From Raillietiella orientalis (lineage: Eukaryota): a stretch of 64,000 nt of DNA. The position numbers were made by a program, and so were the translations under genes. The notes beneath the pieces were generated by a model that did not search any database, had not been told where the DNA came from, and was given only the letters and a program-made list of their open reading frames with translations. Below, piece by piece: positions 49,352 to 62,750 of this stretch (positions are counted from its first letter, which is position 1; every line of letters starts with the position of its first letter). The stretch is from contig JAYWIR010000049.1 in assembly GCA_036172245.1 (NCBI GenBank), forward strand, positions 434,001-498,000. The letters are read 5' to 3'.

Positions 49352-50850
49352 AGAAATAAACACATATGTGCTCATTTCACATTTGTTCATGTACACATGT
49401 GTCTTAATACGTACAGTAATTCACATGTATTATAACAAACATAGTATGATTAACCAAGAGATTATTTGAACGCCTGTATCCATTATGATTCAGTGGCATG
49501 GATTCCATGAATATACTTAATAAGTTGTTGATTATATTGTTAATATTTACCATGAAATCATGAAAAATAAATACATATCCATACACGTATTTTTATGTAA
49601 AGATCAATATGTGGATTAGTATATGTCATGAAGATTATAAAAAATAAACATATGTGCTTGTTATAAGCACTGATATATATTGAAGATCAATATATGGATT
49701 AAGGTATATCACAAAGATTATAATAAATAAATGTATGCGCTTATTAGATATACTGATATATCTACTGATATACAAATTAATAACATAAATAAACCTACAT
49801 GCTTTTTCTACACATATTGACATCAAAATTCATTTTAATATGCACAACTATTCACTTTTATTAATGTACACATTATGAACAACAGTATTATGGAAAAGAT
49901 ATATTTTGTCAAGATTCATGCTTTTTATTCATAAAATTAATAAGTCGTATTGTTAATAAATATATTATAGATTATAAAAAATAAATACATTTGCTTGTTA
50001 TATACATCAATATTTATAGATGATATAAATATGTATATGCACACATATATATAGAAATACGTGTATTAATATGTATATCGATATACATGCAATGAGCATG
50101 TGTATGTCTTTTTTATAATCTTCATGATCTTTATCAATCTATACATTGATCTTTAAATACATACATATCATAATCTTCACAATAAATACCCATAATATAA
50201 TCAATAACTTATTAATTTTATTAATAAAGAGCATGTCAATGAATCATAAAAAATATATATATTCAAATAACGTTGCTGTTGATAATGCGTGTGTTAATAC
50301 TCATGAAAAACTGCATATATTAAAAAAGATATGTACATTTATCTATATGGAATGAGAAGGTATATTTTTTTAATAATGTTCACAGTATATACTAATCTAT
50401 ATATCGATATATCTAATAAGCACGTTTTTATTATAATCTTTTTGATGTACATTAATCCATGTATTATTCTTTATATATAGATCAATGCATACAGTAAGCA
50501 CAAATGTTTATTTTTTCTAATCTTCATAATATATATTAGTCCACTGATTGATCTTTACATAGATACACATATGAATATACATTTATTGTTCATAATCTTC
50601 ATAGTAAATATCAGTAATGTAATATATGTGAATGCATATATATCGTTCATAATATTTAATAATAGATATGTATATACATCAACAATATAATCGACAGGTT
50701 GTTGGTTTTCTGAATAAAATGTATGTCAGTGAATCTTAAATAATGTGCTCAAACAATAATATTACTATTAATCATGTGCATGAATAACTGTGAATAAAAG
50801 GAATATATGTGTATATCAATCCATGTAGACAAGCGCATGCTCATTTATTA
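49352..50850. repeat. AT-rich foldback-like segment with long imperfect inverted arms and internal ~80-bp subrepeats
   Basis: Reverse complement of ~50395-50810 aligns to ~49400-49770 (shared tatgtaaagatcaat, atgaagatta, aaagattataataaa, gcttattagatata). Confidence 0.7.
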
Positions 50851-51104
50851 TGATCTTTCCGCATTTCTGCCTTGACACTGCGTTTTGGACCGACCCCCCT
50901 TGAAAACAACCTGCTCGACCTCTTCCCGACGCTGCTCTTTCTAGCGGAAAAGATCTGGTAGCACTGACGGCCGCGATCCACGCCTGGAGAGCGTTCGACC
51001 CCGCGTGGACTACATGGGGCTCCTGTCCCGTACCTGCGCGCGCCTCTGAGTGGCGACATGGTGGACATCGCCCCCTGCGGCCTCTGCTCGTGCAGTGCTC
51101 CGGT

Positions 51105-51718
51105 CAGGGTTGCCAACTTTGCGGCTTCCCCGCTAGATCTAGCGTTTGGGGAAACCCCGTCTGGCGGCTGCAAAATTTTTCATCCTGCTGAGCGGGAATT
51201 CCAGCGGCTTTCAAATCGCTGGCCGCCGAAGTTTGCGGGTTTTCCATGGACGCAAGGAAAACATTCAATCATGGACGTTGCAAATAGTCTTAAATAATAG
51301 AGGTCCGGATATTTGATCCACCTCTGTTTCAACCTTGGCAGATGTGGAGTCGCATGAATAAATTTTTGCATTCTCGATGAAGACCGCCGAGGGAAACGAC
51401 TCTTTTGTTTTTAAATTATTTTGATGTTTGAATTGTGGCTGTTGCAATGCAGCGGAGCTCGTTTGCCTCTTTCATTACAATTTGCAGACAGCTTTAACGT
51501 TTCCTTCGAACTATGGGTAACATAAATTTCACGTGATCGACAATTGCTTGTTAGCTTGTGTTTCATTTCTGTACTATTGAATCTGAAGATTAAATAACAT
51601 TACATGATTTAATAGTAATAATAAATTCCTAGGTATTCAAATCTGGGGATTTTTTTTTTTTTGAGAAAATCGCGGATTTTCGAAGGCCATCTAGAGGGAA
51701 CTTCTGTTGGCAACCCTG
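51105..51718. mobile_element. Putative MITE / non-autonomous DNA transposon (614 bp)
   Basis: Perfect 13-bp terminal inverted repeat CAGGGTTGCCAAC / GTTGGCAACCCTG with subterminal inverted similarity; no coding capacity; no TSD seen. Confidence 0.55.
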
Positions 51719-51759
51719 GAGCCAGTGCGGCGCGAGCCGAGATGACCATGGAGCGATTC

Positions 51760-53020
51760 TCTTCAGCGCCTGTTTCTGTCTGGAGCTGGGAGCGCGCTGA
51801 TTTCGGCCCACTGTGCTGCCGTCCACTCGCCCTTCCGCTCCTGCCGCAGCGACCAGCGAAGGCGGTCCACTTCTTCCGAACATGAGCATCCAGGCCGAAC
51901 CGCTTCGAGCTGGTGCCGTGGCCAATCTCACGAGGAAATACACGGGATGGATCTCCTGCCGCCCCGAGGACGGTAGTGCCTGATTACAGGAAACCACTCG
52001 CACGTGGGCAAGGATCCAGAAGCAACGCACGGAACAAATGCGTCGGTTCCTGTTCGCGAGCAACAACTGCTACATGCCTCGAAAGATCCTGGAGGATCTC
52101 AGAAAAAGTGTGTGGGCAGGAAGAGCTTCCCTCGCCGCAGCATCGTGGCGAAATGGAAAGTGAAGGCAATCTCCGGAAGGGAGAAAGGATGGGCGGATGG
52201 AAGATGGGCCAGCTCGACGACGCTGCGACCCCGAGTGCACCACCCCACTGACTCCTGTGCTGGGGCGAGCTACTGGATGTTCCGTCGGAACACCTGAAGT
52301 GGTCCGATGCTCATGGACAACTACACCCTCCCCCTGAAGTGGCAGGAGTCAAAGCTTTTGGTGCTGCACTGGGGTCTCCCCTGCAACGCCCACCGTCATC
52401 ACGGGATGCGGGGGTGCGTGGATTCCAACTGTCAGGTGCGAGGAGAGTGAATCCTTCTCCCACCTGCTAGTGAAGTGTTTCCCTCCGACCCCTGTGGAAA
52501 CTCATTGCCTCGGCCCTGAGAACCACGGAGGCAGCTCTAGGGACGCTTTGGAACCCCTCTTCGTTCGCGAAGCCCTTTGGCCAGTGGCCTCGCTGGTGGT
52601 TCTGCGCTGAGTACGCGGGATCGTCGCTGCATGGAGCAAAGCGACGGGAGGAACCAGCGACAGGGATGCCATCCACTTCTCCTGCCCTTTTCATCAGGTT
52701 GGCGACGTGATGGCCTCACCTGGAAAACAACATGCAGCAACACCTTGCCGACATCTTACAGAGGAAGGACAGCACCGCCACCAGCAGAATGCATTCCTTC
52801 CAGCACCCCCCAAAGTGTATCTATTTTTATTTTTTTTGTTTCTGTTTTTTTCTTTTTGTTTGCCCTCTTCCCTCTGCTGCCGTGGTGGACCGCGCCGGTC
52901 TGTGACCCGGCGACCCGGCAGGTCTCCTTTAAATTAGGCATGGTTGAACCGTTGGTCCAGCCATAATTCCTGTAATATGTTTGCTTTCAAAATAAACCTC
53001 TCGGCGCACCCGGGTGAAAA
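51760..53020 (+). mobile_element. 5'-truncated LINE (ORF2 C-terminus and 3'UTR)
   Basis: GGWKMGQLDDAATP, PLKWQES; terminal AATAAACCTCTCGGCGCACCCGGGTGAAAA at 52991-53020. Confidence 0.8.
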
Positions 53021-53290
53021 TCGAGTTGATGCCGCGCGGCGCCGGAATGAAAGTCGGCGAGTGAGAAGCTGGCGGTCGCCTTCACAGGTGCGGCGTGGAC
53101 TGCGGGCAGCCCGGCTGCATCCGCTTGGGGATCCTCATGAGCAGCACAGTGAAATAATTTGGGATGTGCCCTCGGAAGTAGTGGCCTGTCCTAGTTCCGG
53201 ATGTTCTGTCACTTACGAGCAGCAGCAACTGCCAAAATGGTGGATGGAGGGCACAGTCCCCCTGCCCTACGCGGGCCTTCGGGAATTAAG
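53021..53290 (+). mobile_element. Degenerate RT fragment (host of the preceding element)
   Basis: ELMPRGAGMKV...CIRLGI resembles ELIRRGAGMSVN...WIRPGIP of family E. Confidence 0.55.
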
Positions 53291-56200
53291 TGAAGATGAT
53301 TCATCCCATTCCCTATTATTTGTCGGTCCTTCCTCCTCTCTCTTTTCACTCGTCCCCAGCTCTGTCGCCAGCCAGAGTAGCCTTTTTGGGTTCGGGAGCA
53401 CGCACGACGGCCCTTTCCTGACCACGACAGTGCAATTTGATTTGATTTGATTTTAAATTAAATATCTCCCTGGTTACCCGGGATGAGTGGTCATATTGAG
53501 GCGTTTGTTTTAGAAAAAACAAAAACTGCAGCATATGAAAAAAAGAAAGAGAGTTTCTTGTAAATTCTTCCCCCAAAAACGTTCAAATAGGAGGACTCGC
53601 AGGTCAGCTGGAAGTGACAGTTCAGAGCATTGGTGGAATCGAGGGCATGACGAAATAGCTGGTAGACAGAGAGTAGGGGATTACGGGACTGCTACACCAC
53701 TCCTACGGCATGCGCAAGATGCTGGAGATCTCCTGCGTCGATCCCTTGTTCGGGTGGTTTTCCCTGTGGAGTAGACAGCAATGAAGATGGCCACAGCTCT
53801 CTCGCTGAAGCTGCGGCAACTTGCGACGGGCTGTTGTCACGTCGCAGGTGCTGTACACGACCATGAGATCATGGCGGCGACATGCAAGACGCCTCTCGCG
53901 TGACGACCGACGCAGCTCTCCAATCGGCGCGGCACACAGCAGCGCCAAAGCCGGATGTCCACGCAGCCGACCGACAACGCCCGCAGTTCACCGGGCGCCC
54001 TCCGTGAGGTAGCGCAAACGTTCCTTGCGGGGCAGACGAGCAGAGCATCACTAAGCCACGTTGTCAGCTGGGGAGGAAGCACGGTCCTCCCGGAAAGACC
54101 ACCCCAGTTTCCTCCCACTGGCTCTATCCTTTCGCCTGAATTTATGGCGTGGCCAGTCCTGTCGTCCGGCACTTCCGCGTTGCGCTTGCCTAGGAGCTCT
54201 CCCCACTCTTCGGATGGCATGGGTTATCTCGCTGGTGGGCAGCTGACGTCTCTTTCTCACAGGAAGGTCTGCGTCGCTGCCAAAGGTGTGCCGGAAGCAC
54301 CAATCCATTTGGTTGGTCCTTCGACCGTCTTCTGCAGGGACGCCCTGTCGAACCGTTGGACCGGGACGAGATCCTCGCGGTTGATGCTGGTCGAGCGTGG
54401 AGGTAAGCGCAGGAGTTACCAGGGTAACCAACGATTCGTTGGATTCCAGGAGGAGTTCTGCTGCTGTTCCGGGGGAGTCACGAGATCTGCATCCATTTCC
54501 GGTCGCGGACAAGGAGGAGGTACTCAAGTCCCTTGCAACGGCCGTCCGCCGCGGGATGTGGCGAACTGGCAGGCAAGCAACAGGCGCCGATTTCGTTCCC
54601 AGATGGCAGGTGGCAGGCCTGTTTTGCTGCAGTGCGCCTCTGTTTGGAATCCCTTGGTTGCCTCCCTTCTGCTGCCTCTTCTTTTGATTTTGATCCGCCA
54701 CACGAGGCCAGACGCAGGGGACCGACGGCTTCGTTTCCTTTATTTATTTTTTTAATTGTTTATTTTTCCGTGCTTTCGTTCATTCGGAGTTCACCTGCGC
54801 GAGTGCTCAAGAGGCTGCCTACTGCGTCGCTGGGCGACGTGGTAGGCCGCTTCTCTCGGTGTGCAAGATTGGCCTCCTCTTCCCTGTACCCCGCGGACGT
54901 GCCCGAGCGAGCGTGCCTCCCGCAGGATTGGTGGTAGTGCATCCAGAGAACCGACCTCAAGTTACCTCCAAGACAAATGTGTGCCTTGGAGACCTCGCTG
55001 ATCCACGAAGAGATGCATGAGCATCACCACCGGCCGGATGCAGATAGATGTGAATCCCGGACGCAGGAAACACGACACCACGAAAACTATCCAATACCTT
55101 CTCCCAGAATGCGACCTTGCCTCTGATACAGTCAGCTCACCCGTGTCCTTGCTTCTTATCGCCAGCTGGTCCGTTGGCCAGCTTGTACGGACTTCCGAGA
55201 GGCTGTCGTTTCTTTTCCTTGCAGTAACAGACACCAAGTGGCACATCGACCACACATACAAGGACGAATGAGGCAGGACGCGGTGCGCTAGGGCTGCATG
55301 AGTGAAAGCCTCTGCTCTGATCCATTTCCAGGCAAACTGGACTCCGTCCGTTTCTCCTTCGCCTTCACAGGATTTATTTATTTATCCATCTTTCCCGGTT
55401 CTGGGACCCCCTCGCTGGTTCCCGGTGAGTATCCAATCTGCGAGATGGCGGACTTGTGCCGCCGGAGACTACAAAATTCGCTTGTCTGTTCTCCTATGTG
55501 GAATAGATAAAAAGACCCGGTACGGCCGGGTGGAAAAGATCTCCTCCTGGAAATGAGATGGACCACTTAGAGACGGACGAGGTGGACAATGATAATTTCC
55601 AAGTTGGTGTTGTTGATATGGCGGAAGGCAAAGAGTACCGCTCGCCTCCTCATGCAACGGGCAAATTAAAGGAATTGGGTAATAGCAGATCTTCCTGATA
55701 ATGGAGTTCTCTAAATGAGCTACATCTAACCAGGAAGACTGCTTTAAAAACGTACAAACACACACACACATCTTCTAGTCTTAAATTCCCTTAGATAACA
55801 CGGCAGGCATCCGAAATCTTGATGGATTTCCTGTCTGCCAACATGATCTTATCAGTTTGTTCCTCATTTTGATATACCACCCAATCTCAAAAGTTTGCGT
55901 GCCATGCACACAAACTCTTGAGATTGGATATATCTTATTGTACCCAAACTCTTGAGCTTGGATGTCATCATCAGGTATTTTCTTTCGGCTTGAGATTCAT
56001 GTTTAGCAAACAAAACTCCAACTACATGACTCCAACCTGGAAAAATAAAAAAAAAAAAAAGGAAAAGAAAAGCTATCCCAAGAAAACTATTCATAAAAAT
56101 AATTTTGCCTTCTCTCCCTCCTCCCCCTCCATTTCGAGGATCCACAAAAAGATAGAAGGTAATTTTCGTCGACGGAGACCTGCTGTTTTCCCTATCTGGC

Positions 56201-56964
56201 AAAATAAGGAACACATGGAAGTTTTTCGAAGTGCTTCTTGCAAGGCCAGCAGAACGGCTTTGTTTTTCAGAAATTCAGACAACGAGCATGCCTTGATGAG
56301 TGAAATAGGAATAATATGCACGGAACTGGAGCATGTTCACCATTCATCATGGTCGGAACAAAAGTTCTCATTGACCAAGCAGCCACTGCAGTTACTTCGC
56401 AGTGTGGAAACAGGCTGGAAGCATTCTGTTTATTTTTTGTTCCCCCCCCCCCCCCTATCGCAAGTGCAGTTCTCACTTGTGAGCAGAATTTCTTTTTTTT
56501 GCTTCATCATAGAAGGAACCCCAAATGGAGGTCAACAGTCACAACGAAGCGGTACTGCGCCGGGGGCCCCCAGCGGTTGCGCGGAGTCGCGCACGGGTTC
56601 AGGGCTGCTGCATGAGGGTGTAGGCTGTGTGGGAGCTGTGCAGACTGGAGAAAAAAAAAAACAGGGAAAAAGTCTGGAAAGGAACGGATGCAGTACCTGT
56701 CTGAATTCAGAATAACGCAGGGTCTGGTCGGAGCAAGTGGAATATGTGTGGAATGTGTTTTCGTTTTTCCTCCCACTGAATCTTAAAGATCCTCACATCA
56801 AAAACATCAAAATTCTCAAGCTGAAATTTGAAGCCAAGTCATCACATCGATCACTGGATAAATTTGTTATAAAATGGTCAGTGGGACAAATGTTGAGCGG
56901 GAAAGCATGGAACAGCGAAATTGAGAAGTGACGACGAACTTACGAATTGTCTGGAATGTGCGGA

Positions 56965-57491
56965 CAGCAATGTGTGCTTACACCCTTTTGGTGGACTTAA
57001 CGGAGCCCGGAACAACCATCACTACGCTGTGAAACACTTTCAAAGCTGCGGCGTGCCACTGAGAACCGACGACGTGGAATTCTGAGATCAGGAATTCTCC
57101 TACACGACAACGCGCTCCTTGGCAACACATGCTGTCCGCACATTCCAGACAATTCCCAAGTTCAAATGGGAACTTTTCTCATCACCCACCCTACAGCCCT
57201 GACCTCGCGCCCAGTGACTGCCACGTCTTCCTTCCTGCACCTCAAGAAGTGAAAAGGGGAAAGGGAGGAGTTGCAATGCTGCTGAACTGGCTGAGCTCCC
57301 AGGTGGCGGAATTTCATGCAAAGGCTTTCAAAAAGCTTCTTCCACGGTATCAAAAGTGTTTGGAAGAAAATGGTGACTACGTAGAAGAATGACGTGGGAA
57401 TGCACGTGTTTAGAACCACCAATACATCACTTTTGTTTCTCTCATTTGTTCTTCATATCCGATCGGTCCTTACTTATGAAATGCACCTCGT
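56965..57491 (+). mobile_element. Mariner (Tc1/mariner) transposon 3' remnant with right TIR
   Basis: LLHDNA, HPPYSPDLAPSDCHVF, RYQKCLEENGDYVEE* (stop 57392); TIR-like GTCCTTACTTATGAAATGCACCTCGT at 57466-57491. Confidence 0.9.
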
Positions 57492-59299
57492 TTATCGTTG
57501 CTTTGATTACTTAAGACAAGTTTGGAGCATGGTTTGTTCGGAATGTTTTTTAAAAGCTCCAGAGTCTGCTCGTTGATTAATGAACAGCCTTGTTTTCCAT
57601 CGTTGAAGGCTATGCTGTATCGAAATCTCTGTGGTGACTTTGGAACTCTGTGCTCCTTGATTGCTGGAGGTTGTGAGGGCATGCTGTCTGGAACGGGAGC
57701 CGAAGATCGCATCTTCCTGAACAGTTGATTCTACAGGATGCACTGAAATGAAAAAAAAACGACGTCGTATACATTGTATACGGAAAGCAGTGTTATTTCA
57801 AGGATGGTTTTGATTAGTATGAGAGTTGGCAGCCGTGATGAATTGGGCATATGCTTGGGGCATGGGAAAAGATTTTCAGAAAGATTCTTTTGGACGTGAT
57901 CTCAGTTTCGATCAACGCGAGGCAGATTCCTTTCTGTCTGTTAATTGTGATGAAGATGGGAACATCTTGGAAACTTGAAACAGTGTTTAACCTAAGAGAA
58001 TCTAAGGTGTGTTGATCATGCAGAGGTTTCAGCTGGCCATGGTGCTTTTGAGCATGAGTCGATCTGGAAGATTTTAGGTAGTGTGCATCGGCGTGAGGGT
58101 CATCACCATATGCACAGTGAAGTGAAGATTGTTGTTGCCCGCATTCTTTCATATCAATCTGATGTGGGGGGAGCATAAGCAGGCACGTTTGTGGGTGTCA
58201 CCGGCAAGATGCCTACAGGATGGAACCGAAGTCCACCGACTCGCACGTTAGCTGTGTGTAGAAAAAAGCAAGGGAAGAAGGTAAAGGAAAGTGCAAGGGA
58301 TGCAACGGATGTGAAAAATGTCAACTTCCAAAGTCAAATACCCCGAGTAATTAGGGGAGGCGAAAAACGAGTACATCGGGCACCCACTCTCGCATTCAAC
58401 TGTCTTGTGTTGCATGCAAAAGCCCCTTCCCCCTGACTTTGCTGCTCGCGATGCGACCATCGGGCCACACCTGTCTCCACAAATCGACCACAGCATGCTG
58501 TCTCCGCCAAGCACACTCAGCACAGAGTGAGGGAATAGGCCGTCCAAGGCGTCTTCCGACCGGAAGATAGCGGCGTAACAAGTTTGCCGGGGAGTGTCCC
58601 AAAGTGAAGAAGAGTCTCCCCGACGTGCCCGGAAGGGAATTGCAATGGAGAAGCAGGCGCCAGATGGTCAGGGCTTCTTCAGTTTGTCCGCAGCTGCAGA
58701 AGAAGTGCCTGCGCCTTTAATAATGGCGACGATGGTCGCACATCAGCCCACAGTGAGGAGGTAACTGTTCCACGCGGCTACAGCCTCTCTGCGGAGGTCG
58801 CGTCCGACGTCTTGCTCGTCATTCTGCGCCCTCCTTTGCGGAGTCTGGTTGTTCCTGCAGTTTCCCTTTTGCTTTCTGTGCACCCTCCTCCAGAGCTTTT
58901 CCTGCAAACATTCGTATTGTAATAATAAAAAAAAGAGAAGCAACACGAATCTGCCAGTTGGCACAGAAACTCACACTGCTGCTGTTCCTCTGGGTGGAGC
59001 GTGCAACGGATGTACGCGCACGCATTCTTGTTGCCTCGCAACAGTTTCTTTAGCAGAAACCATTTTTAGGTGACCAGCGGTACCTAAATGTACCGGGAAG
59101 ACGTCGGAAATCTGCACTCAGGATACTTGCGGAACCCCGCTTCCCAGTTGGGGAAGTTTGCAGGAAATTCAAGGGTTCCTCTAACTGGGAAGTCACGAGG
59201 CGCGAAGGAGAGCCGAGAAGGCTGCATCCTACATCGTTTGCGCGAAAAGGGGACGTCAGTCGTTATCCTCGAAAAGCATTCCAGAATACGCGATGCAAG

Positions 59300-60550
59300 A
59301 ATGGTTTGACTTTTGGTGATTTGCCTACTTGTTGCTAATGGGCAGTCCAAGATTCTCCCCTTCATGGGTGAAGAGGGTGCAGCTCAGCACTAGCTGTTCC
59401 TCAAATTCAGGACCAACTGTTGCGGGGAATCGTGTAGATACCATAGCGGTGACTGGAAAGGAAATTCCCGAGATATCTCTGAGAAAATCGAAAGGAAGAC
59501 GCACTCGACGATCTCTGCGAAAAGAGAGGCAAACCCTAACGATGGAAACTGCAAGCCTCGAAGCTTGAAAAAAGACTGGAAAAAAGCTTCCTGGAGGAAA
59601 CCGAGTTGAGAGAGCGAGAATGCCAGGTGACGACAGGCAAAAAGAAAGAATGCGCAGAAATAGGAAAGGAAGGAGAGCCACGGCGAAGCGAGAGAGAACA
59701 CGAGATCGTCGGGTACCTCTGGAATGCAAAGCGGAGATCGATACCTAGCAAGGCAACCGCCTTTTCAAGGTCTTCGCTCACTCGGCAGGAACGCCACACG
59801 TCGCGAGAATCGGTGCAGTCCACGTTAGTAGCCGCGTGGATACCCAGAGTTTCGTGTTCGAATCCCCACGTGGAGGGTCGACTCCGGGAGGAATGTGCGT
59901 CGTGGGTTTCGAGCACTCGTAGAATGGCGCTAGTTGACCTGTAGGCTGCGGAAGCGGCAATGATGGAAGCCGGAAACCGGATGATCCGTTGTCTGGCCGG
60001 AAATAGAAGTTGACATTCCGGGCTCTTTCCGGAAATCAAGGAGTCCTCCGATTGTGAAAATGGAGCCCTCCCCTTCTCGAAAAGAATACTCCATCGTGTA
60101 CCCTAGAACTGGTTGATGCACCCTTTGGAGGGTTGTCTCTAGAATGTCAGAGGACCACCTCTGCCTTCGGGGTTCTCTTAAGAAAAGGAAAGCAAGGGCG
60201 GTTTCCTTGCGATTTCCTCTGGAGAAGAAATTCCAGGAGCAGATTCTTTCCGCGCACCTTTGAAGAAGGAAATTGGGGCGGACTCCTCCAGGAAGTCCCT
60301 CCGGAGGTATTAAGGTTTCCACCGTTGGTTCAGGGACCTTGGTTTCAAGAAGTAACCTCAATTCAGAGGACAGCGTTCTCTGGATACAAAAATGGCCAAT
60401 ACAAATAGAACTCCATTGGGATGACCACCTGCTCGCAGGCCGGTCCCTTGAAAAATTTGGGAACAGAGAAGGGGACAATGAATACATAAAAAGACGGGAG
60501 AGTAGGAACAAGGTTCTTTGGTTTCATTCGTTTCTTTCCTACGACAAGAG
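59300..60550 (+). mobile_element. Very degenerate LINE ORF1 tail and ORF2 endonuclease
   Basis: EIVGYLWNAK...RQERH and RVP*NWL resemble WNVNG...QETH and RLPADWL. Confidence 0.45.
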
Positions 60551-60559
60551 GCTGCATAT

Positions 60560-61860
60560 GGTGGCGATCTCACTGATGACTTCTTGCTGATGAGGCTACC
60601 TTGCGTCTGTCCTCATGAAGTCGGCTGCCATGTTGGTGACCTCTCCTCTCTCCAAACGAGACTCCAGCGCATGGCGAACTGTCACCATGAAGCGGATGCA
60701 ACAGCCGGTTGCGATCGCCTCCTCCGCCTTCATCCCACCTTGAGTAAAGAAATGCCTCAGAAAATTAGGAGAGGAGGTGGTCCTGCGGTCAGTGGAGCGC
60801 CAAAGGGGGATTCCGCCACATGTTTTCAAGGGCATTGCAGTCCAGCAGGAGCTTGGTTCGAAGAGACACCTGTTTCTTCGAACTAAGGTGCTGCGCTGGT
60901 TACACTGAAGTCCCCGGTGCAGAACATCCCTTTTCCATGATAGAGGCAGCACTGTAGTGTCTGCGAAGAGGATGAGGACCACGAGTTCTTCGGACACCTA
61001 AAGAGCAGGTCACTCTACCAAAATTGTCCTTTCTCTTGTGAACGAGGAGCGACGCCTTCTATCAAGCGCTCGACTCGCAGCCATATAGAAGTTTCTTGAC
61101 GCTTGCAGATTTGTTGGAGATCTCCCATCCTGCTAGTTGGACGCTATCATCGTTCGCGCTAAAAGTCGAATGTGCTGTGGCAAGGGCTGATAGATACATG
61201 ACACCAGTGCAAAGGTCAGATCTTCCAGCGACTTGCATAGGTGCTTCCGCAGTGTATTCAGTTGCTCTGAGCGAACTTCAAAAGTGGCTACTCAGGATCC
61301 CGACGCCTGTTGCTGTCAAGCGTGCCAGTTTTATAGGAAGCCGGTAATCCACGACCGAGCTACCAGCAGTGAGGAAAAATGTCTTCAAGGGTAGACAAAT
61401 CAAGTTCTCCCATGTTGACTGCGAGGCAGGAGAGAAAGAAGTACTGCACTCCCAACGCATTACTGGTGGATGGACGATGTCGGAGCACACCATTGACAAG
61501 TCCACGACTTCTTACAAAGAGTCAAAAGTCGAAATTGTGCAGGTCTACTTTGTCCAATATCAGGATGCCTGAACCACCATGCCTAAACCGCGAAGCGTCA
61601 CCAAATCTTCTAGGCGGATCATGAGCATTGCAGCGTCCCACAGGACTGTCCTCAATTAGACCCTCACCAAATATGGGGGAGGACAAACAAAAAACCAGGG
61701 ACGAAGCAGAGGACAACAAACGTGTTTCAAACAGCGGTCCTCACCGGCAAGAACTTGCCTTGCCTCGAGGAACGGGCTGAGAGCCATATCAGCCTTTAAA
61801 AAACACCTAAAGCTCTCGGTCCGTTCCTGGAAGACAGGTTCCACCTGCTGGAGCAGGCCT
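60560..61860 (-). mobile_element. Degenerate LINE ORF2 C-terminal part
   Basis: EELVVLILFADTTVLPLSWKRDVLHRGLQCNQR; LRPWFFVCPPPY. Confidence 0.65.
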
Positions 61861-61869
61861 CGATCTAAA

Positions 61870-62750
61870 ACTCTTTCGTGGCTTTTCTCTTCCGTCCGCT
61901 TATTTTTGTTTGTTGCCCACCCGCCGAGGCGAGACAACGGGCAGACGGATTTCTAAGAAAGGACCCCAGGGAACGTTGCAACCCTGCGTGAGCCTTAAAG
62001 ACATTTCTGCACCTCGGAGGGATGCCGGACTCGGCATCCTCACCCTGGAAAGACGAGAGCTACAGCTTTATTTTCGAAGACTCGCCCTGATAGAGAGGAC
62101 ATAGAACCAGCAGTGGTTTCTGCCACTCTCCACATTTTGGAGTGGACATCCGGTTGCGAGGGACTAACATCCCTGCTTTTTCGCAACCGGAAATAACAGA
62201 CACTTTTGAAGTTTATCCTGAGACAGCTTGTCTCCCCGCTGAAATTCAACGAGAGGATCTCTTGACGCCCTGTGAGCTTGAATGCTTGGCGACAGGAATC
62301 TGTGGGCTCGGCTCTCTGGAACCACATCTTGTTTCGGCTCAAAGGATCTCAGTCGTCTTTAAGGATGCCCCTGAAGGGAATTGTCGACGAACCTACCAAG
62401 TGGACTGCTGCATCCTCCACATCTTTCGCCGCAGCGCTGTCTAACCTATAGGAAAGCAATGACAGTGGGCTACTGGCTAGTTGGGATTTCCCCCGCAACG
62501 TCGATGGAGCCGAAAAACTCCTAGGCCGATTCTTTTCGAAAATGCTGGCTGACGCAGCTACGCCCTGCCTGCAAGCGAAGGGGCCTACCCGGTGGACCAA
62601 CACTTGAAGTGCGCTCCCGGAAGAACTTTATGCCTCTCCTGTGTGTTGAGATTTTTTTGTCCTCCCTCTTCGGTGGCAACACGAAATGGTGCTTTTCGTT
62701 CATTGAAGGCTTTCCTGCAACGAGCGCATGCACCGATTGAAGAGTGGGAG
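61870..62750 (+). mobile_element. Degenerate LINE ORF2 C-terminal part
   Basis: SLKDISAPRRDAGLGILTLERRELQLYFR. Confidence 0.7.

Noticed and set aside
53640..54700. Possible very old ORF1/EN remnants
   Set aside because: Similarity too weak to assign boundaries or family.
54900..55560. Exon-like segments with polypyrimidine-AG sites (…TDTKWHIDHTYKDE…)
   Set aside because: Product not identifiable, stops present, donor sites unconvincing.
55847..55858. TCTTATCAGTTT, matching part of U2 snRNA
   Set aside because: Only 12 nt, no surrounding U2 sequence, and far from the Utopia-like element.
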